This document shows, in pieces, positions 28,501 to 34,288 of a DNA stretch of 37,203 nt (positions are counted from its first letter, which is position 1; each line of letters starts with the position of its first letter). Origin of the DNA: Lacipirellulaceae bacterium (GTDB lineage: Bacteria; Planctomycetota; Planctomycetia; Pirellulales; Lacipirellulaceae); assembly GCA_036271295.1 (NCBI GenBank), contig DATBAY010000533.1, positions 1 through 37,203 on the forward strand, written 5' to 3'. A program made the position numbers and the translations under genes. The notes beneath the pieces were generated by a model. The model did not search any database. It saw nothing but the letters and a program-made list of their open reading frames with translations, and was not told the DNA's origin.

Positions 28501-28681
28501 CCTTTGGATCCGGACCATGGCAACGGAAGCAATTGTTAGAAAGAATCGGCCGCACGTCGCGATTGAAATCGACGGACGCCGCCGGCTCAGCCGCCACAAT
28601 TACGCTGACGTTCCAAATGGCCGTTAGCAATGCGACTACAACCAGGCAAAATATGCGAAAGTAAATCATCCGCCGCTGCAT
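25526..28681 (-). CDS. Secreted PSCyt1 / DUF1549 / unassigned central module / DUF1553 (PSD1) protein with two CXXCH motifs
   Basis: 1051-aa ORF with an N-terminal hydrophobic signal. CFRCH is at 28517-28531 ([16 protein letters not shown]). Internal CAQCH is at 27653-27667 ([11 protein letters not shown]). The central beta-rich module is at about 26822-27424 ([32 protein letters not shown]). The C-terminal part is DUF1553-like ([40 protein letters not shown]). Confidence 0.9.
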   Translation of the reverse strand: [1051 protein letters not shown]

Positions 28682-28773
28682 GCTCGATTCGATGCGAACA
28701 ATTGACCGTACTGCATTATAGTCGCGATCCCGAATGCATCCGAACGATTGGGGGTTTGCCGCCTCGCCTAACG

Positions 28774-30240
28774 TTACACGATCAAATCCATCACCGGCTG
28801 GCCTTTTCCGTCCTTTGTCACGTAAAAAGGCCGCCGCTCTACATCAAACGAAGTCTTGGGGCTGATTCCCATCAGGTGCATGATTGTCGCATGCATGTCT
28901 TCGAGTGACACTGGATTTTTTGTCACCAGGCACGGTCGTTCAACAGCCGTCTCGCCATAGAGGAATCCGCGCTTCGTCCCGCCGCCAAACATCAACACCG
29001 ACGCCGATCCCGTGAAATGCCGATGCAACCCGTAGTGAATCGGCTCCTTTAAAACGTCCGTCTTTGCACGCGACTGATCCTTCGCCGTGCTTCCCGGAAC
29101 ACCTTCAATCATCATGTCGCGACTGAATTCGCTTGCCAGAACCACCAGCGTGCGATCCAACAAGCCGCGATCTTCCAGATCGTGAATCAGCTGTGCCACC
29201 GGGCGATCGACATCCCGCTTCATTTGCTCCGCCGTCGCGTGACCATTCTCATGCGTGTCCCAATGCACGAACGGAATATACTCCGTCGTCACCTCGACAT
29301 ACCGCACGCCCGATTCGACCAACCGCCGCGCCAGCAAGCACCCGCGGCCAAAGTCGCTGGTACCGTACTTGTCGGCCGCTTCCCTCTTTTCCAACGACAG
29401 ATCGAACGCCGCCTTTTCCTTCGAGCTCAAGAGCCGATGCGCCGAATCAATCGACCGCAACATCGACTCCTGCTGATAATCACTCGCGTACCGCGTCTGC
29501 GGGCTCTCCTTGACCATTCGCTCAAACATTCGGTAGCGATTCTCAAAGCGGCCAGCATTCATTCCCTTCGGCGGACGAACGGCGAGCATCGCATCTTCCG
29601 CCACCGGCAAATTGAATGGCCCATATTCGGAACCAAAGAACCCGCCTGTCGTGAACGACTTCAGTTCTTCCGACTCACCATTCCCTTCCAGCCGCTGCCC
29701 AATGTTGATAAACGGCGGCATCACTGGGTTGAGCGGCCCCAACACCCGCGCCATCCAAGCGCCAATGTGCGGCGCCGCAACCGTTTGCGGCGGAACGTAA
29801 CCGGTATGCCAATGATATTGATGCCGTGAATGCAGAATGTGCCCCAGATCCGGCAGCACGTGCGAGCGAATGAGCGTTCCGCGATCCATGACACTCGCGA
29901 TATTCTCGAGCCCCTGACTAATCTTGATGTTGTCGACCGCCGTATCGATCGCTGGGAAAGTGCTCATCACCTTCTCGACCGGCAATCCCACTTCAAAAGG
30001 CTGGTAGCGCTTCGGGTCGAACGTCTCGGGCGCCGCCATGCCTCCCGCCATCCACAGCAAGATGCACGAATCCGCTTTCGCGATCGGGTGCTCAATCTTT
30101 TCGCCAACCGGGTCAGCCAACAGCGGTCGCGGCTCGCCCGCCATCATCGCCGCGGCGCTGGCCGCCGCCATTGCTCGCAAAAAATCGCGCCTTGTGCTCG
30201 CCGCGCCGGTCCGTGTCGTCGATTGAGTTGAGTGTGTCAT
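28774..30240 (-). CDS. DUF1501 family protein with Tat-type signal
   Basis: 488-aa ORF. MTHSTQSTTRTGAASTRRDFLRAMAAASAAAMMAG is a twin-arginine signal. It is colinear with the other DUF1501 copies (ILLWMAGGMAAPETFD, ASEFSRD, LEDMHATIMHLMGI). A GGAG lies 7 nt upstream of the ATG, inside the 26-nt gap to the upstream gene. Confidence 0.9.
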   Translation of the reverse strand: MTHSTQSTTRTGAASTRRDFLRAMAAASAAAMMAGEPRPLLADPVGEKIEHPIAKADSCILLWMAGGMAAPETFDPKRYQPFEVGLPVEKVMSTFPAIDTAVDNIKISQGLENIASVMDRGTLIRSHVLPDLGHILHSRHQYHWHTGYVPPQTVAAPHIGAWMARVLGPLNPVMPPFINIGQRLEGNGESEELKSFTTGGFFGSEYGPFNLPVAEDAMLAVRPPKGMNAGRFENRYRMFERMVKESPQTRYASDYQQESMLRSIDSAHRLLSSKEKAAFDLSLEKREAADKYGTSDFGRGCLLARRLVESGVRYVEVTTEYIPFVHWDTHENGHATAEQMKRDVDRPVAQLIHDLEDRGLLDRTLVVLASEFSRDMMIEGVPGSTAKDQSRAKTDVLKEPIHYGLHRHFTGSASVLMFGGGTKRGFLYGETAVERPCLVTKNPVSLEDMHATIMHLMGISPKTSFDVERRPFYVTKDGKGQPVMDLIV

Positions 30241-30266
30241 ATAATAGCTCCGCTTTCACATTTCTT

Positions 30267-32201
30267 TCAGCGTATGATTTGATACTCGGGCAGCATGATG
30301 ATCACCCAGAGCAAATCCTCAACCCCTTGAGCCGACGCCGGCCTACCAATGAGTTCGACAGCGTCCTTCCGCTCTGCGGCAGTAGGCAGTCGCGACAGCG
30401 CCGCTTCATAAAGTCCATCGACGACCGAAGCACCGTCATCTCCGGCAAATTCTTTGAGAACCGCCGGTGCGCCACGATCAAGCGTCTTCGCAAGCAGCGC
30501 ACTGTTGGATAGATCCAACGCTTCGAGCGTCGTCAACATCGAAGGTCGGTCCGAAACAACCTGCTCGCGATTCGGCCGCCCCAGCGACCGCATCAAGGGA
30601 TCGCACGCCACGAGCGCTGCCCGATACGATGTGCGTCCCGGTTTTTCATCCACCGTGAGAAAAGCACCCACACTCTTATGCGGTTTCGACGGCCCCGTGT
30701 TCGTGAGCTGCCAAAGCGCATCGGTAAATTCCTCTGCCGTCATTCGCTTGGCGAGCGGCCCCGCGTAAACGAATTTTTCCCCCGTCGGCTGGGAATTGAG
30801 CGCTAGCGACTCCGATTGATACGCGTTCGACGTCGCAATCAATCGGATCGTCTTCTTTAAGTCGAAACCATGATCGCTCAAATCGACGGCCAGATAATCC
30901 AACAAATCAGTACTCCAGGGCGCCGTCTGCATTGCGTCAACCGGATACACGATCCCACGCCCCATCAAACGATGCCAAATACGATTCACAATCGTCCGCG
31001 TAAACCGACCGTTCTCGTGATCGGTCATTAACTTCCCCAGCTGCTTTAACCGCTCGTCCTTCGGCGCAGCAGGATCGATCTGGCCCAGCTCTGGGAATAA
31101 CCACGCTGCTTGCGCCATCTTTCCCGTCGGTTTATCACAGCGATTAATTTCGAGCGGGCCATCGGCATAAATCGCCGCCAGACCGTAAGTCTCCGATAAC
31201 TTCCATCGATCGATGAAACTGTCGTGACACGACGCACACTTCATGTTCAGCCCGAGGAACACTTGCGACACATTCTGGGCAAACTGAACTTCCTGCTTCT
31301 GACTCGCATTAACGTTCCCGCGCCATTTGATGCCACGAATAAACCCCGCCGATTCCGGCGCAGGCGCAATTAACTCCCGCGCGAACTCATCATAGGGCTT
31401 ATTATTCAACAACGAGTTGTATAACCAACTGCTAATTTGCGTGCGCCCGCCATCGATATAGCCGGTCCCTTGATAATCGTTCCGCAGCAAATCATTCCAA
31501 AACGACAGCCAGTGCTCGGCATACGCCTGATTGTTCGCGAGCAATGCATCAACGACCTGCTCACGTTTGTCAGGATCTTGGCTACTGAGAAAAGCGTGCA
31601 GCTGCTCGCTCGTCGGCAGCAACCCGACAAGGTCCAAATAAACACGCCGCAGAAACGCCGCGTCACCAAGAGCAGCCGGTCGCTGGACATTATGCTCCTT
31701 CAAATAAGCATCCAGAATGCGATCAATAGGATTCGCCCGCCCCTCACTAACCGCGGGCAACTCCGGCCGCCGCGGTTTAAGCGGTGGTTCGTAGTCCATC
31801 GCCGAAAATGTGAATCCCGCATCCCACGGTGCCCCAGCGTCGATCCATTCTCGCAGCGTTGTGACGTCGTCCGCACTCAGCGGAGGCTTGTCTTTCGGCA
31901 TCCGCTCATCTTTGTCCTCGGAAGTAACAAGATCGATGAGACGCGAGTCCCCCGCATGTCCAGCCGAAACCGCCCCGCCATCGAGCAGCGACTCACGCGA
32001 ATTCAGTGAGAAATCCCCCTCGTGCCTCCGCCCGCCATGACATTCAACACAATGCTGCCGCAATATCGGTACAACGCGATGAGCAAAATCGAATTCGGCG
32101 CCAACCGCCACATCGGCGAAGAATAGCCCTGAGAACGCAACGCCGCAGCCAAGGATTGCCGACCCCAACAGCGAGAAGCGATAATAAAAGTCAGCCCGCA
32201 T
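30267..32201 (-). CDS. Secreted PSCyt / DUF1549 / DUF1553 protein, short form without a central insert, two CXXCH motifs
   Basis: 644-aa ORF with an N-terminal hydrophobic segment. CVECH is at 32037-32051 (ILRQHCVECHGG). Internal CASCH is at 31224-31238 (CASCHDSFIDRW). The C-terminal part is DUF1553-like (RIWHRLMGRGIV, SLGRPNREQVVSDRPSMLTTLEALDLSN). Confidence 0.9.
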   Translation of the reverse strand: MRADFYYRFSLLGSAILGCGVAFSGLFFADVAVGAEFDFAHRVVPILRQHCVECHGGRRHEGDFSLNSRESLLDGGAVSAGHAGDSRLIDLVTSEDKDERMPKDKPPLSADDVTTLREWIDAGAPWDAGFTFSAMDYEPPLKPRRPELPAVSEGRANPIDRILDAYLKEHNVQRPAALGDAAFLRRVYLDLVGLLPTSEQLHAFLSSQDPDKREQVVDALLANNQAYAEHWLSFWNDLLRNDYQGTGYIDGGRTQISSWLYNSLLNNKPYDEFARELIAPAPESAGFIRGIKWRGNVNASQKQEVQFAQNVSQVFLGLNMKCASCHDSFIDRWKLSETYGLAAIYADGPLEINRCDKPTGKMAQAAWLFPELGQIDPAAPKDERLKQLGKLMTDHENGRFTRTIVNRIWHRLMGRGIVYPVDAMQTAPWSTDLLDYLAVDLSDHGFDLKKTIRLIATSNAYQSESLALNSQPTGEKFVYAGPLAKRMTAEEFTDALWQLTNTGPSKPHKSVGAFLTVDEKPGRTSYRAALVACDPLMRSLGRPNREQVVSDRPSMLTTLEALDLSNSALLAKTLDRGAPAVLKEFAGDDGASVVDGLYEAALSRLPTAAERKDAVELIGRPASAQGVEDLLWVIIMLPEYQIIR

Positions 32202-32236
32202 GCCTTTCCCGCCTGGTTACCGTGTAAACGTTTATT

Positions 32237-32809
32237 ATGCTCCTGCCGAAACTACGCGGCAACCAAGTCAAGTTGGCAAAAAACGTCATTAGAAATGACG
32301 ACCTCGTGACAAAGACGCCCTCCCAAGCTTCGAAAAGCCGTCCAACTATCACGATCGAAGTCCGTCGCGAAGATATCCTTTCCCCTACCGCGCAGCTTCT
32401 AATCCACTCGCTGAATTCCGAGCTTGAATCCCGGTATCCCGAAGAAGGTGCAAACTTCTTCCGCTTAGATCCCGACGAAGTCGCCGCAGGCCGCGGTGGT
32501 TTTTTCGTCGCCTACGCGGATGGCCATCCCGTCGGCTGCGGAGCGATCCGCTGGATTGACTCGGACGCTGCCGAAATCAAACGCATGTATGTCGCCCGCG
32601 GTAATCGTGGCGGCGGCATCGGCGGAAAGATTTTGGCCGAGCTCGAAGCGGAAGCCGCCCGCTTAGGCATCCGACGCATCGTGCTAGAAACCGGCCCCCG
32701 CCAGCCGGAAGCAATCGCGATCTACAAGCGTGCCGGCTTCGCCGAGATCCCACTCTTCGGCGAATACGTCGATCCGCGATATAGCCTCTGCATGGCCAAA
32801 AACGTGTAA
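32237..32809 (+). CDS. GNAT family N-acetyltransferase
   Basis: 190-aa ORF. The acetyl-CoA motif A is MYVARGNRGGGIGGKILAELEAEA, followed by IVLETGPRQPEAIAIYKRAGF. The real start may be the in-frame GTG at 32306 (VTKTPSQ...), since GNAT cores usually begin near ITIEVRRED. Confidence 0.85.
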   Translation: MLLPKLRGNQVKLAKNVIRNDDLVTKTPSQASKSRPTITIEVRREDILSPTAQLLIHSLNSELESRYPEEGANFFRLDPDEVAAGRGGFFVAYADGHPVGCGAIRWIDSDAAEIKRMYVARGNRGGGIGGKILAELEAEAARLGIRRIVLETGPRQPEAIAIYKRAGFAEIPLFGEYVDPRYSLCMAKNV

Positions 32810-32958
32810 CCATCGTGATAGCTTCGCTATCGTCGCAGTCGCACGTCGCCATCACCTTGCGGGCAATGCCGTGAATCTCTAACCTGCCCACCTCGAACTG
32901 CCGAATTCCGATAATAGCGATTGCAATGCGCGCTGGCCGACGATCGGCTCACATGCCC

Positions 32959-32965
32959 AAGGAGG
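32959..32965 (+). promoter_or_regulatory. Shine-Dalgarno-like AAGGAGG 4 nt upstream of the GTG start of the nuclease gene
   Basis: Read directly: ccAAGGAGGggctGTG, with the GTG at 32970. This supports the GTG start chosen in the ORF track. Confidence 0.5.
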
Positions 32966-32969
32966 GGCT

Positions 32970-34109
32970 GTGCCAAAGTCTTATCCACTATTCTTGGTTG
33001 CCTTGATCTCGGCCGGCGGCTGGTATTTCACCAAAGGCCCGGGCCAAGGAAAACTTGGCGAAGTCGCTACGGCCGTCTTGAAAGGCCAGTACAACCAAAT
33101 CCCACAAATCCTCGCCGGTCCTAGCACTCAGCCCGGCGGTTTTGCCGGCTACTCGCAGCCTTCGAGTTACCCTACCTATCAGTCGCAGCCCGTCTCAACG
33201 CAGACATCCGCAAACTACGGTTCGTACACACCTCAACCCGTAGCCCCGGCGCCGCCAGGTCCCGCGCCGCCAGCGCCCATGTTCGGCGGACCCGCGATCC
33301 GCATCGCCTCGTTCAACATTCAAGTCTTCGGCGAAGCTAAGGCCTCTAAGCCGTACGTCATGCAGACGCTGGCTTCGATCATTCAAAACTTCCACGTCGT
33401 CGCGATCCAAGAAATTCGCACCAAAGACGACTACTTCATCGACAACTTCCTCCGCACGTACGTCAATACAAACGGCAAGACGTACGATAAGGTTGTCGGC
33501 CCCAGAATGGGCAAGACGGTTAGTAAAGAACAGTACGCCTTTTTGTACGACACGTCTGCAATCGAAGTCAACAAGAACAGCATCTACTCGGTGAATGACC
33601 CCGATGGCCTGCTACAACGCCCGCCCCTCGTGGCGATGTTCCGAGTTCGCGGCCCGCCGCCGGACCAAGCGTTCACCTTCGTGCTGATCGACATGCACAC
33701 CGAGCCCGATCGCGCCGTCGCCGAATGCGATACCCTTGCGCAAGTCTACCAGTCTGTCCGACGCGCCTCGGGCGGTGAGGATGATATCATCATCCTGGGC
33801 GATCTCAACACCGACGATCGACACCTCGGTGGCCTAAGCCAAATCGACGGCGTCCGCCCCATCGTCCGCAGTACATTCACCAACACTCGCCAAAACGCTC
33901 AGTACGATAACTTCATCGTCCACGCGCCTTCCACGACTGAATTTACAGGTAAGTGGGGGGTCTTCAACTTCCAAAAGATGTATAACCTCTCACTCGAGCA
34001 GGCGCTTCAAGTGTCTGATCACTTCCCCATTTGGGCAGAATTCAGCGCCTACGAAAGCGCTAGCCCGGGCCGCATCGCCGAGCGCGATACCGGCATTCGC
34101 AATCAGTAA
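32970..34109 (+). CDS. Membrane-anchored DNase I family nuclease (endonuclease/exonuclease/phosphatase fold)
   Basis: 379-aa ORF with an N-terminal TM helix (YPLFLVALISAGGWYF) and a P/Q/S/Y-rich linker (about 33117-33284). From about 33294 the domain is colinear, from my memory of the sequence, with bovine DNase I: IASFNIQVFGEAK / AAFNIRTFGETK, VAIQEIR / VLIQEVR, KEQYAFLYD / KERYLFLFR, IDMHTEP / VALHSAP, LGDLNTD / MGDFNAD, QYDNFIV / AYDRIVV, VSDHFPIWAEF / ISDHYPVEVTL. Confidence 0.85.
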   Translation: MPKSYPLFLVALISAGGWYFTKGPGQGKLGEVATAVLKGQYNQIPQILAGPSTQPGGFAGYSQPSSYPTYQSQPVSTQTSANYGSYTPQPVAPAPPGPAPPAPMFGGPAIRIASFNIQVFGEAKASKPYVMQTLASIIQNFHVVAIQEIRTKDDYFIDNFLRTYVNTNGKTYDKVVGPRMGKTVSKEQYAFLYDTSAIEVNKNSIYSVNDPDGLLQRPPLVAMFRVRGPPPDQAFTFVLIDMHTEPDRAVAECDTLAQVYQSVRRASGGEDDIIILGDLNTDDRHLGGLSQIDGVRPIVRSTFTNTRQNAQYDNFIVHAPSTTEFTGKWGVFNFQKMYNLSLEQALQVSDHFPIWAEFSAYESASPGRIAERDTGIRNQ

Positions 34110-34184
34110 CCAATTGCCTCGCTCGCTCGCCGGCGCCAATTCGCGGCCAGCCTTCTTCGCGCCATTGCCGCAAACTCGCTGCAT

Positions 34185-34199
34185 TGGCATACACGCTGC
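34185..34199 (+). promoter_or_regulatory. Candidate sigma-54 (-24/-12) promoter TGGCAT-ACACG-CTGC
   Basis: Read directly. GG (34186-34187) and GC (34198-34199) have the canonical 12-nt register of TGGCAC-N5-TTGC, with two mismatches at less conserved positions. It lies 18 nt upstream of the GTG at 34217 and 90 nt upstream of the ATG at 34289 of the sigma-54 activator gene. This is a single by-eye hit, not scored against a matrix. Confidence 0.35.
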
Positions 34200-34288
34200 G
34201 GTTTAGCCCACGCTGAGTGGCAATTCCAACCCGGCCCCCGCTGGTGTACCATGCAATTACGGGCATTTTGCCAAATCCGGGCGCTGCT

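Noticed and set aside
28715-28720. Perfect TATAAT hexamers on the minus strand (28720-28715 and 10787-10782) as -10 promoter boxes
   Set aside because: I did not report them as features. The matching -35 regions are poor (at best 3 of 6), planctomycete promoter consensus is not well defined, and a lone hexamer is weak evidence. They are mentioned only as context in the findings.
32934-32948. Second sigma-54-like string TGGCCG-ACGAT-CGGC upstream of the DNase I-like gene
   Set aside because: The GG/GC register is correct, but the -12 element is GGC rather than TGC. The predicted transcript start would also fall inside or after the Shine-Dalgarno sequence at 32959-32965, leaving no usable leader.
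32237-34109. GNAT acetyltransferase plus nuclease considered as a toxin-antitoxin or defence pair
   Set aside because: The genes are separated by a 160-nt gap and the nuclease has its own ribosome-binding site. The nuclease is a membrane-tethered, outward-facing DNase I type rather than a cytoplasmic toxin. The GNAT looks like an ordinary stand-alone acetyltransferase.
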